60,687 bases of DNA from Octopus bimaculoides (lineage: Eukaryota). The notes under the pieces were generated by a model, which made no database searches, was not told the origin of the DNA, and worked only from the letters and a program-made list of their open reading frames with translations. How positions within the stretch are numbered: position 1 is the stretch's first letter; every line of letters starts with the position of its first letter. The stretch covers positions 37,274,912 through 37,335,598 of the forward strand of contig NC_068987.1 in the NCBI RefSeq assembly GCF_001194135.2, in the 5' to 3' direction. The position numbers and the translations under genes were made by a program. Shown one piece after another: positions 1 through 12,696 of this stretch.

Positions 1-745
1 ATCCAGACAGTTAGGTGATACAAAAAAGGAACAACAAAACATCCAGATAGACGATACAAAGAAAAGAAGGACAGGTCATTCGGAGTTTTCTTTCCTCAGT
101 CGAGTTCCAGATTATCTTTGCAATTTCGACTGGTTATACTCGAGACTGCTCCAGTTCCCTCTCTCTCACATTGCCCTGCCTTCTCTTCTTGCTCACTTTC
201 CCTCCTGTTTTTACTTCACTGTGTCCCTGTCATTTTTTCTCATCCCTCCTTAGTTCTTCTGTCCCTCTGCCTCTACCTCTCTCTCTTCTCTCCCCACGTG
301 ATAGGTGTTCAGCCAAGCCTGATCTTCGTTTTTTGGTTTGGCCCTCGTCCGTGCAACATCTATATTCCCTCCTGTGCCTGTGAAGTCTTGTATCCCTGCT
401 GTAAGGCTTTATTTCCACACACGCCAGCTTAATTTAATTCGTCTTTAGTCGAAAGACACCTGTTGTTATGTCCTGTTATTTGTATTTGTGTAACATTCTT
501 GGTTTTTTCCGTCTTTGTTTTCGTATACATTCGCTGCTTTCTTCCAAGGAATCTAATGCTCTTAGCTTAGTTTTTCCTTGGGGCTGGCCAGATTGGAGTA
601 ATCCCAAGTATAACTAGCCGAAATTGCAACGATAATCTAGAACTTGACTGAGGAAAGAAAACTCCGAATGACCCATCCTTCTTTTCATTGCATCGTTTAT
701 CTAGATGTTTTGTTGTCCTTTTTTGTATCACCTAACTGTCTGGAT
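1..745. repeat. Long imperfect inverted repeat (arms ~1-155 and ~591-745), probably a non-autonomous repeat
   Basis: ATCCAGACAGTTAGGTGATACAAAAAAGG... at 1 is the reverse complement of ...TTTTTTGTATCACCTAACTGTCTGGAT ending at 745. The arms align over ~155 bp with scattered substitutions. The left arm may extend beyond the window. Confidence 0.9.
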
Positions 746-747
746 GT

Positions 748-915
748 TTAGATATAGCATGCCTAGCTGACAACAAAGTATGCGATAAGGAAGAAAGAAA
801 TGTCGGTAGTTATGACAGGTTAGCTTGGGAGGTAAAGCAGTTGTGGTCGATGAAAAAGGTGGTAGTGGTACCAGTAATTGTGGGAGCCCTGGGAACAGTG
901 CTGCAACATCTTTCC
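748..915 (+). mobile_element. R4/Dong-type LINE fragment (restriction-like endonuclease C-terminus)
   Basis: Translates as DIACLADNKVCDKEERNVGSYDRLAWEVKQLWSMKKVVVVPVIVGALGTV, matching the RLE end seen at 4726-4908. Confidence 0.75.
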
Positions 916-1229
916 AAAATCATACAAAAATAATTCATACTGAAAATACCCAACAAAATGAACAAAATCAACATGTGCCATAGAAGGCCGACACTCGACA
1001 GAAGAACACAACCTGCGCTACGCAAACAACACAATATAAAAACTAATACAACAGAAGACTCAAGAAAAAGTCCATAACAAAACGTACTGATGCAATACCT
1101 TCCCCCTAATAAAATGCAGCACACACCATCCCACCAGCATAAAGCTGCAAATGATGCAATAGAAAGTTGCTTGAAACTTTCAGTTGTCGAAAAATAATAG
1201 TGACGATAACGATGTTGATGAACGTTACC

Positions 1230-4200
1230 TTATCTCAGTTTGTGAGAGACGACAGTTTCCGAGGAAACTCTGATTGTAACAGCGAAAATTAAACTGGACC
1301 ATTAAAGGAAGGCCTCTCATTAAAGGAAGGTTCAGCAGGCAGTGCTTCAGTAAAGATGCAGACTGACCACAGCTGTTATCCTACTACAGCATCAGCAGAT
1401 AATAGAGCAAGCAGGAAGAAGTGGACCAGAGAAGAAAACAGGATAGTAATGCAGTGCTACTTAGAAAGTGAATCTAAAAGAAGGGGCTATAGAAAACGGA
1501 TGTTAACACTTTGTGTAGAGACGGGTATGTTTAAAGTGACTGAGCAGAGATTAGTTGATCGAATTAATTCTATTAGAAGAAAATGGATGACAGAATTAAA
1601 GGTAGAAGAAATCACAAGAGAACTGGAAAAGAAAGACCAGGCAGTGGGAAAGACAAACAACAACACAAGAGATACAACTCAAACCAAAGAAGAACCTAAA
1701 GGAAAATAATAATAGTACTACCAATAAGGAAGGGATAACCTAAGTGATTAAAGTGAGGAAAATCAGAAGATTTTAGATGAGTTGCAGGAAGTAATGAGTA
1801 AAGAAATTAGAAAAAGATTGCCAGCATTAAAAGGCACCAACAGAAGGAAGCTGCTAGAAATGACTAGGAAAGTAGATTCTGTTATCAGTAGGGTAGATTT
1901 AGATATCTCACAGGGAAACATTTTGAAAGAGCAAATGTGGAAAAGGAGACTACAAAATAGAGTGAAGACTTTAAGACAAGATCTGAGTAGAATAGAAGCC
2001 TAGAAAACAAACAAGTTAGGAAACACAAGATACAAATCCTCCCTTGAGAAAAGATATTTAGTTAAAGAGAAATGATTTGGGACAGTAATAGAAGAATTGA
2101 AACAGCGTATCATAGCCGTAGCAAGCAAGCTCTCCAGATATCAGAAAAGAATAGATCAGTATCAACAGAATAGATTATTTGAGACACACCAGAGGAGATT
2201 TTATAATCAAATAAATTGTGGAGAACGAAGTACTGAAGATGAGAAACCGAGTGCAGAAGAAGCTAGAAAGTTCTGAATATGTAGGATAAGCCAGTCAATC
2301 ATAATAGAGATGTAGTGAGTGAGAAGCAGCCAGATTTAAGATTAACTAGTGCATTAATGAGTAAAATGTTAGGAAAAATGCCGAATTGGAAGGGCCCAGA
2401 ACCAGATTAGTTCAAGGGTACTGGCTAAAGAAATTTAATAGTTTACATGGGAGGCTGATGGAACAACTTCAGGATTGCTTTAATGGAGGAATAATACCAG
2501 ATTGGATGACTAGAGGGAGGACAATACTCATTATGAAAGATAAGTGCAAGGGCAATACAGCTAGCAATTGTAGACCAATCACTTGCTTACCATTAGTGTG
2601 GAAGCTGTTAACAGGAATACTTCCAGAAAGCATTTAGAAGCACCTTGACAACCAGAATTTACTACCACAAGAACAGAAAGATTGCAAGAAGAAGGCGATA
2701 GGAACGCATGATCTATTATATATATAGGCAAATGAAGTAAAAGCCAGAAAGAAAGATCTAACAATAACATGAATAGATTACAAAAAAGCATATGACATGA
2801 TCCCGCACTAATGGATAAGTGAATGTTTGAGTATATTCCGTATAACAAATAAATAAATAATAATAAATAAATTTATGAATCCAATTTACATCGAATATTT
2901 TTTTTTTGATTACAATGAGAAAGATTACAAAAAATGTTTTTGGTAAATTGCATTAAAAATCAGATTAAGCCCCTTGGGAGCTTTGCTGATTTGGGCAAGT
3001 TGTTAGTAGGTAAAAAAATTAAAAAATATATAGGCCAATGGTTATAAAAAATCCCTTGCATGCAAGCAAGGCGGCCAAAGTAAATCTGTTTAAGTCTAGA
3101 AATATAAAATATTACGAATGTTATAAATACTGTAGGTCTATAAAAAATGATTTATAAATGAGTTTGGTTCAGTAGAAGATGGAATTTTAATGAATGTTTG
3201 TAATTTGACAGATAACATAAGAGAATTAATTAGCTGCAATATAAAGAAATGGAAGGTAGATCTCTACCAAGGTGACACGCTCTTAGGGAAAGTTAATATC
3301 AAAAGACGAATTTTTCCTGGGGACTCGTTCTCCCCTTTAATATTTGTCTTATGTTTGATCCTCCTTAGTTTAGTATTCAGGAAAGCAAAAGCAGAGTATC
3401 AGTTCAGAAATAGTAACGAAAAAAATTAACCATTTTCTCTACGTGGATGATCTGAAGATTTTAGTAAGAATGAAAAAAGGATAGATTCCTTAAGGCAGAC
3501 TGTAAGATTCTTCAGCAAAGATATAGGCATGGAATTTGGCATAAATAAGTGTGCAATATTAGTCATGAGAAGAGGACAGGTAGTCAACAGCGAAGGCATC
3601 GAATTACCAGATGGCCAGGCATTAAAATCTTTGAAAGGAGAAGAGTATCTAGGAGTATTAGAATCTGACAGAGTACTAACTATAGAACTGAAAACGAAAA
3701 TTGAGCAGGAATGCATCAGAAGGGTGAGGAAGCTAAATGGTCCGAATCAAGTGAAGGCTGTAAATACTTGGGCAGTATCATTACTTAGATACTCAGCAGC
3801 TTTTGTAGATTGGACAAAACTAAATTAACAAAGCTAGACAAAAGAACTACGAAGGAATTCAGTATGAATGGAGAACTCCACTCAAGGGCAGGAGTAGCAA
3901 GATTATACCTAGTTAGAAAGGAAGGCAGAAGTTGGTTAATGTTAGTAGAAGACTGCGTGGAGTTTGTTAGAGTAGATATAGACTCCTATGTAGGTAACAG
4001 TGAAGAAAATTCATTAAAAGCTGCTAGAATCACAGCAAGGCATAGATAAATCAAAATTCCAAACGAACATAAAAAACCAGAAAAAAGAACAGAAATTATC
4101 TGACTGGCAGGAGAAGGCGTTGCATGGTAGATTCCCAAAGATAGTTGCAACATGTAGTAGTAGTGAGACATATGTTATGGTTGCAGAAAAGAAAGCTAAA

Positions 4201-4544
4201 GAGAGAGACAGAAATTTTTTTAGTAGCTGCACAAGATCAAATATTAAGAACTAACTGAATAAAAGCCAAGATTGACAAAAACTAAGTATATTCCCAATGT
4301 AGATTATGCAAATAAAAACAGGAAAGCGTTACTCATATAGCAAGTGAATGTATCGTGCTGGCACAAAGAATACAAGAAAAGACATGACAATCTAGGGAGA
4401 GCAATGTAGAAAGCTAGGATTTGAACGTACTGATAAATGGTATGAACATCAACCTAGTAAAGTACTAGAAAGTAAGAAATACAAGATGTCGTGGGACTTT
4501 AACAGTCAGACTGACAGAGTAAAGAAGCTAGAAGGCCTGATTTG

Positions 4545-4594
<50 letters not shown>

Positions 4595-5024
4595 TGTAGT
4601 AGTAGTAGTAGTAGTAGATAAAGAGAATAGAAAGTGCCAGATAATTGACTTTACAGTCCCAAATGATGAAAGAATTAATATGAGAGGTATAGAAAAATAG
4701 CAAAGTACCAGGACCTAGCTTTGAATTGCAGAGACTATGGAATGTGCGGGTAAAATATATTCCAGTAGTTATAGGTGCAATGGGAACTATCCCTAAAGAT
4801 CTGAACAGATGGATAGAGGAAATAGGCATAAGACCCAGTTTAGTACAGCTCCAGAAAACGGCATTATTAGGGACAACTAGGATACTCAGAAGGGTTCTTG
4901 GCATCTAAGGTTACTTGTTGTAATCCAATAGGAGGGTTCTTGGCATCTAAGTCTACTTGCTTTAGGATTCCTTTTTTTTATTACCAACAGTCTAATCTGT
5001 TGAGTATATATGAAAATAATAATA
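1230..5024 (+). mobile_element. Near full-length decayed R4/Dong-clade non-LTR retrotransposon
   Basis: N-terminal RKKWTREEN...CY...RGYRKR motif. RT motifs RPITCLPLVWKLLTG, FPGDSFSPLIFVLCL and YVDDL. CRLC...RHD zinc-knuckle remnant. RLE RPDLVV...IIDF...IPVVIGAMGT...QKTALLGTTRILRRVLGI*. Short (AAT)n tail at ~5012-5024. Many stops and frameshifts; 5' boundary approximate. Confidence 0.93.
4545..4616 (+). repeat. (GTA)n microsatellite inside the RLE coding region of the R4 element
   Basis: 24 in-frame Val codons (23 GTA, 1 GTT) between RPDL and DKENRKCQIIDF. Confidence 0.95.
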
Positions 5025-5030
5025 ATTATT

Positions 5031-5243
5031 GTTTCTACTAGAAGCACAAGGCCTGAAATTTGGGGAACAGGATTAAGTCAATTACATCGACTCCAATGCG
5101 TAACTGGTACTTATTTAATCGACCCCGAAAGTATGAAAAGCAAAGTCGACCTTGGCGGAATTTGAACTCACAACATAAAGACAGACTAAATATTGCTAAG
5201 CATTTCGCCCGGTGTGCTAATGATTCTGCCAGTTCGCCGCCTT
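5031..5243 (-). mobile_element. tRNA-derived SINE, family A (head GGCGGCGAGCTGGCAGAATC, ATT-type tail)
   Basis: Reverse complement shows an A-box-like TGGCAGAATC and a B-box GAGTTCAAATTCC. Homologous to more than 10 other copies in the window. Confidence 0.9.
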
Positions 5244-5270
5244 AATAATAATAATAACAACAACAACAAC

Positions 5271-5311
<41 letters not shown>

Positions 5312-5392
5312 AGCATTTCGCCCGGTGTGCTAATGATTCTGTCAGTTCGCCGCCTTAATAATAATAATAACAACAACAACAACAACAACAAC

Positions 5393-5451
<59 letters not shown>

Positions 5452-5453
<2 letters not shown>

Positions 5454-5674
5454 GCCCGGATGCAGTACCAGGCAGTGGCTCTCATGGCTTCTGATCTTAA
5501 CTGATTGGAAGTGTTATCATGTACATTGTTTTGTCTTGGTATAAAAAGATGGGCTACAGCAAATATTCTGCTCAGTACCACAGATTTGCTTGTCAGTTGT
5601 TTGACCTTAACCAGTTGAGCATGTCCCTTGGTGGCTGACGATATGTGCATCTCTGATCACGAGCAGAAGTAGTG
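5452..5674 (+). repeat. Unclassified interspersed repeat preceded by (AAT)n; other copies at 9180-9410 (-) and ~35390-35485 (+)
   Basis: GCTTGTCAGTTGTTTGACCTTAACCAGTT and GGTGGCTGACGATATGTGCATCTCT are shared with the 9180-9410 copy. CAAATATT...GCTCA.TACCACAGATTTG is shared with the 35.4-kb copy. Runs into a gap. Confidence 0.75.
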
Positions 5675-6113
5675 NNNNNNNNNNNNNNNNNNNNNNNNNN
5701 NNNNNNNNNNNNNNNNNNNNNNNNNNNNNNNNNNNNNNNNNNNNNNNNNNNNNNNNNNNNNNNNNNNNNNNNNNNNNNNNNNNNNNNNNNNNNNNNNNNN
5801 NNNNNNNNNNNNNNNNNNNNNNNNNNNNNNNNNNNNNNNNNNNNNNNNNNNNNNNNNNNNNNNNNNNNNNNNNNNNNNNNNNNNNNNNNNNNNNNNNNNN
5901 NNNNNNNNNNNNNNNNNNNNNNNNNNNNNNNNNNNNNNNNNNNNNNNNNNNNNNNNNNNNNNNNNNNNNNNNNNNNNNNNNNNNNNNNNNNNNNNNNNNN
6001 NNNNNNNNNNNNNNNNNNNNNNNNNNNNNNNNNNNNNNNNNNNNNNNNNNNNNNNNNNNNNNNNNNNNNNNNNNNNNNNNNNNNNNNNNNNNNNNNNNNN
6101 NNNNNNNNNNNNN

Positions 6114-6145
<32 letters not shown>

Positions 6146-6930
6146 CTAAAGCATATGTATATAGGTCTATGTGCATTTAAAAGTATGCATTACTCACACA
6201 CACACGCACATATAGCATACACACAGACGCATATATAATTAACAGTGTACTAACACGTACGGTATGTTACAAGCGAATTTGGAGCTCAGTAACTCGTTCC
6301 ACTTGTTCCACATTAAACTCCTATATCCTACGCACTATGAATGCCGTCAACACACCGGAGGATAGGCTAAAGTGCAGACTCCGTGTCACATTATATAATA
6401 AGAAACGCAGCAAACATTATTGGTATTTTTATGTATTAATATACATGTCTCAATTAGTCGGTAATCCAATACCGTCGTTTGCATATCTTATTTCATTAGT
6501 ACACATATACATGCATGCATACATACGTACATAGGTACATACATAAGCGCATACATACTTACAGACATATACGCATACATGCATGCATACATACATACAG
6601 TATGTATATACAGACAAATATGTGTGTGTAATATATACATACATATACATACATATACATATATATATAAGTGTGTGTGTGTGTGTAAGAGTGTGTTTGT
6701 GTGTACAGATGGACATGCACACACACACACACACACACATATATATGCACACATCTATGTACGTATCTGTGCAGATGTCTGTGCGTGTACATGTGAGTTT
6801 GAGTGTGTTTTTGTGCATATGTATATATATCATCAAATAACTCGTGACATGAGCTTTAGGTCGTGTTGCATCTAGCTTTTGTGCTAGTGTGAACTTCAAT
6901 TTAGTAGTAGTAGTTGCTCTTGTTCTTGTT

Positions 6931-7016
<86 letters not shown>

Positions 7017-7936
7017 TGGTAGTAATAGTAGTAGTAACCTCATTCTTTGAAATGACATTCACTTTTTAACTAGATTTAGCACAGTTCATTTTAGTATTAT
7101 TATTGTTGTTAAAGTTGCTATTTGTACTGCATCTGCTGCTGTTGCTGTTGTTATTGTTGTTGTTGTTGTTGTTGGTAGTGGTGTTGGTGGTGGTGGTGGT
7201 GGTGGTGGTGTGGTAAGGTTGTTGCTTAATTTTTGTTATTGTTCTTACTGTTATTGGTTCCATTATCATCGTTGCTATTCTTTTTGTTTATATTCCTGCT
7301 ACCATCCTTATCATCATGATCATGATCATGATCATCCTCATCTTCATCCTCCTCCTCCTCCTCATCATCATCCTTTTCCTTTTCATCGCCATCATCAATC
7401 ACCTATATCATCTTCCACTAAATGAATGTGAGACGACGACGACGACGACGACAACGACGATGATGATGATAATGATGATGATGATGATGATGATGATGAC
7501 GATGATGATGATGATCATCATCATCCTCATCCTCTAGATATTACGTTAGAGAATTTATAATTCATCCCAAACCGATCGATGTCTTTGCTATTGATTGATT
7601 TATCCGTGGTCAAATTTGATTCGCTTTTAAAAAACATTGATTTTATTTGATGTTGATTTGTTTCATTTCGTTTCGGTTGTATACAAACAAAAGTTCGTTT
7701 TGTCTTGTTTGTTCCAAGAGTTTACCTGTTCTTTCTTCCCGTGCTTGTACAAGGATGTTATTTAAAAAGTAAATTTTTGTATATAATACTGACGTGTTAT
7801 AACCTACACGATACAAATATCAGTAGTACTTACTGGGATAAATTCCTTCCGTTTAGTTTGTACTCGAAAGGTCATTGTCCACTGTTATATTTCTCTCACA
7901 TGCTCACCTCATTTACGCATTTTTATTAAGTTATTT

Positions 7937-8262
7937 CAGGCGTAGCTGTGTGGCGAGGAGTTTGCTTCTCAACCACAGTTCAGTACTACTGCTTGATACC
8001 TTGAGCATGTGTCTTCTACTATAACCTCGTGTCGACTAAGGCCCAAGGCTATAACAGAAGACACATGTGTGAATTTGGTTGATGGAAATTGAAAGTAGCC
8101 CATCCACTTAACAACCAATGTTGTTCTGTACCCCATGACTTAGCCGTTCGGCAAAAGAGATAAATACCAAATTTAATAGGTACTGGGGTCGATTTGTTCG
8201 GCTAGACTATTCAATGTGGTGTCCCAGTATGGCTGCAGACCAATGAATAAAACAAATGATAG
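7937..8262 (+). mobile_element. tRNA-derived SINE, family B, degenerate
   Basis: Homologous to the complete copy at 42320-42714 (GTGTCTTCTACTATA, GTTCGGCAAAAGAG, GGGGTCGATTTG). Confidence 0.8.
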
Positions 8263-8292
8263 AAGAAAATGAATATTTTGAATGTAATATTG

Positions 8293-8508
8293 GTTTCAGA
8301 TTTTGGCACAATGCCAGAAATTTTGTGGGTGGCAGTAAGTTCATTACATGGACTCCAGGGCTCAACTAGAAATTGTTTTTTATGAATCATGAAAGGGACG
8401 AAAAGCAAAGTCGACCCCTGCAGAATTTGAAATCAAAACATAAAGACGTACGTAATGCTGGTAAGCAGTGTTCCTGGCATGCTAACGATTCTGCCAGCTC
8501 GTTGCCTT
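8293..8508 (-). mobile_element. SINE family A
   Basis: AAAGTCGACC...GAATTTGAA...GCTAACGATTCTGCCAGCTCG match the family. Confidence 0.85.
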
Positions 8509-9179
8509 CAACCTTAAATGTAATATTCACGTGTAATACACGAAATAACTAAGTTTTGCATACGGAGTCCACGAGACGCGCACACCGCGACGAACGTCCT
8601 GCATGCACTCATCCAGTGCCTGAGCATTGTTGATAGGTGGGTGGATCCGTTTATCAATTGAATCCATCGTGAAGATCGCCCCTGCCACTTTCTTTTAACC
8701 GAGAAGGGTTGGCAGTTTTTATATGCCAGGTGGACATGGCGAAAGAGCTTGTATGGTAGACGAGATTGAAAGGGGCTGATGACAAATACTTTCCTCTTTG
8801 GTCAATTCCTCATCAACTTCGTCAAATTTCCCTTCAAGAGGAAAATAAGGATGGAGAGAGAAGTGCTACCTTCCAGCCATTTTGTTGAAAGGGGCATGAG
8901 AGTGGCGTACATGGAGCGAGTGAACGGGCCTGCTCTGGGCATGCGCCTATAAATCGGAGGTAAGGAACTGAAGAAAGGAACCTGCCCCAAAAGTCAGGGC
9001 AACTGTAGTTTTATGAGGTTTTTCCAAGAGCAACCCTCGAATATCTCCTCCTCCTCCTCCTGCTATTATAATATTATTATTGTTAAAATGTTATTACTTT
9101 TTTCCGTTAAACATTTTCACATGCAAAGCCTTCCCAGCAACGCGCGCGCGCACACACACACACACACACGCACACACAC

Positions 9180-9410
9180 GATCTCATATCAAGATAAGCA
9201 GCGCATGATCTTGCAAATGGGGCCCAGTTAGAATTTTCTTCAGGTCGAGTAACACATCCCACTCAAAAGGTCCCTGAATAAAGTTTGTTTATGGATGATG
9301 AACGAAACATGTTTCCAGAGGTGAACTGCTACTTCTGCCGGTGATTAGAGATGCACATATCGTCAGCCACCAACTGGTTAAGGTCAAGCAACTGACAAGC
9401 ATTATTATTG
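9180..9410 (-). repeat. Second copy of the (AAT)n-associated unclassified repeat
   Basis: Reverse-complement match to 5590-5670. Confidence 0.75.
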
Positions 9411-9419
9411 TTGTTGCTG

Positions 9420-9507
<88 letters not shown>

Positions 9508-9517
9508 CATCATCATT

Positions 9518-9600
9518 AAGGCGGCGAGCTGGAAGAATCGTTAGCACACTGGGTAAAATGCTTAGCGGCATTTCGTCTGTCCTTACGTTTTGAGACCAAG
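9518..9600 (+). mobile_element. SINE family A, head only
   Basis: AAGGCGGCGAGCTGGAAGAATCGTTAGCAC directly after an (ATT)n tract. Confidence 0.85.
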
Positions 9601-11776
9601 TTTCGCCTGTAGAATTTACCTCAAACCGGCAGCAGCCCCTGGTAGCACCCCCTGGTAGCAGTGCCAGATCAAAGCCAACTAGAAATTGCCTTTTGGTGTG
9701 GAAAAATGCAACTATTCTGAAAAATATCCAAAAATTAAGTTAATATCAACGTTTTTAATATAAGGAACATCAAACATCTGACCATATTGAGGAAGACACA
9801 ATATTTGACATTGACCAGTAGTGTTTTGATTATACCTTTTCAGCTAAAGATAGATTTCAACTATATGTATTTAATTATTTATTTGTCTAGTATTGTTATA
9901 TCTATTATTTATTGATTATGGTTAGGAAGTTTGCTTTACAGTTGCCTAGTTTTGCATTCAATCCTACTGCACTGAATCCTTGGTAAGTTTCTCCTGCCAC
10001 AGCTTCGGGCCGCACAAGTCTTGTAAGTGTTGAATTTAAGCAGACGGGAACCATGTAATAGCCTGTTTACCCACTAAAAGAGGAACATCCTGCCGGACAT
10101 TCTTGTTTTCGTGTTGTAGCTGATCGTTTTAACACTACCACCTGATTCATGGTCACTTTCATCAGACTACTCTGTTGTAAGCATTCAAGCTAAGGTCTCA
10201 CGTCTGAGAATAACCTTCTCCCTTGTTCCAACTTGTCTTATAGGTTTTGAAAAAGGATCAAAAGTATTCCTCTTTCTCATCTGACAAAGGCATAAAAAAT
10301 TGTTTTTGTTGTTGGACAATGCTTTGACTGATCGAACAAAATGCTCTCTGGTATTCAGTTATGGCTCTCGATGTTCTGAATTCAAATTACATCTAATTCT
10401 ATTTTATCTTTCTTCCTATCAGGCGTCGATAAAATAAAGTACCAATAAAGTACTGGAGCTCTCCTCACAAATGTCGTACTGTGAGTCTGGGAAAATCGAC
10501 GATCTTGTGTGGTGTCAGTAGTCATTACATCTCCAAGTATTCACTCATTATTCCATGTAGGAATAAAGTTAGTTTGAAATTTTGCAAGGCATTTTAGAGA
10601 AAGCAATTCTTTGGAAAAAACGACGTGTCTAGTATGCTTGATTTAATAATGAAAGTGGAGAGAAGAAAGTTGTATGAAATGAATAGTCTTACATAAGTCA
10701 GTCAAAAACGTTTGCTGGTGTATCAGTTGCTTTATCCCATACATATAAAGAATGGTCTAGTGTAGGACGTTCCTGTGTTTCAGTTATTGCCAAATGTTGG
10801 GAACTATTATCTTCTGTTCTTGAAGAGCCAGTTAAGCTTTTGTGTTTTAATGGTGAACAATGTTGATCACAAGAGGACAGAAAAATCTCTTGACTACCAT
10901 TTAGAAAACGAGAATGTTTGCAAGTTGCACGATGCACTACAATATCTATCATCACATTGCATGTGTTACAATTGTTGGTAAATGAATTTTACTTGTTGAA
11001 GATTGTGATATTTCCTCCGTGTGTTATTTCCATGCATATCTGCTCAATATTTGACGGCAAACCACTTAGCAGGGGATCTGAGGCTGAGTATTGTTTTTTG
11101 AAAAATGAAAAAGGGATGTTTTCATTAAACAATTTCAAACGATTCCATGGGCGGATAGTCTTGTAGGACTAAATAGAGGACTCTAAGTTACCATATTCGG
11201 AGAAAAAAATGTTATAATACTTGAAAATACCGACACAGACCACAACCCAACAATGGAACAATAAAAGAGAAGCGATATCTGTTCTTCAGACATTTGGATT
11301 GCTTGGACTTAGTACTTTTTAGAAAATTATGTACACAATAATTACAGTGCATATGTTGGGAGTATTATGTGATAATTGTTGCAATGCAGGCCGAAGCATC
11401 TCCTGGTGTGGTACAAAGAGTGGTGGATTATATTATTTTGTGATACATTCCTTGCATCACTATATGTTTGGTCAGCGTTAGAGGTAATCTAAACAAACAA
11501 GTACAAGGATTAGTAACCGCTATGAGGATTTTTTTACTGTGTTGTCATCCATCTTTCGTTAGGTTTTTCAGTTGTGGGAACAGTTATCTTGCAATATCTA
11601 ATGTCTTTACTTTGCTTCTGCTGAATGTAACTAGGTTAGTATGATTACACAGATCGCTATTCCTGTTTGACCAGAAGTGTAAGGGTTTATGCGCAGAAAA
11701 GGAAAATGAGAAGTGAAGTAATGGCATCGACAGAAGCATGTGTGCAGTTAGAGCTGATATCAAGTGGCCCATTAAA

Positions 11777-11813
<37 letters not shown>

Positions 11814-11985
11814 GTGATGGTGATGATGATGATAATGATGATTGACGATGATGATGACGAAGAATGTGGAGGAGGAGGAGGATAATAATGATAATAGCGA
11901 TGATGAATTAAAGTGGTATTTGTATTTACAGTGAGTACCACTATGACTCTCATCAACTATAACGGGATTATTGTTGTTGTTGTTG

Positions 11986-12043
<58 letters not shown>

Positions 12044-12633
12044 ATGTGTTATGTACTTGTAGCATCCGTAACTATCATTCCTCCGTCAATTACAACCATC
12101 CTTCTCCCACAAAACAAAATGAAATCTACACCAAAACNNNNNNNNNNNNNNNNNNNNNNNNNNNNNNNNNNNNNNNNNNNNNNNNNNNNNNNNNNNNNNN
12201 NNNNNNNNNNNNNNNNNNNNNNNNNNNNNNNNNNNNNNNNNNNNNNNNNNNNNNNNNNNNNNNNNNNNNNNNNNNNNNNNNNNNNNNNNNNNNNNNNNNN
12301 NNNNNNNNNNNNNNNNNNNNNNNNNNNNNNNNNNNNNNNNNNNNNNNNNNNNNNNNNNNNNNNNNNNNNNNNNNNNNNNNNNNNNNNNNNNNNNNNNNNN
12401 NNNNNNNNNNNNNNNNNNNNNNNNNNNNNNNNNNNNNNNNNNNNNNNNNNNNNNNNNNNNNNNNNNNNNNNNNNNNNNNNNNNNNNNNNNNNNNNNNNNN
12501 NNNNNNNNNNNNNNNNNNNNNNNNNNNNNNNNNNNNNNNNNNNNNNNNNNNNNNNNNNNCATCATCGTCGTCACCGTCATCATCATCGTCACCACCACCA
12601 CCACCACCACCACCACCACCACCACCACCATCG

Positions 12634-12696
<63 letters not shown>

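Noticed and set aside
640-685. CTGAGGA in the terminal inverted repeat as a hammerhead core
   Set aside because: Followed by GAAT rather than GAAA, with no NUH site or helix I.
10680-11490. Stop-poor frames on both strands and a possible exon at 11390-11483
   Set aside because: No recognisable domain and weak splice signals; cannot be supported without a search or RNA-seq.
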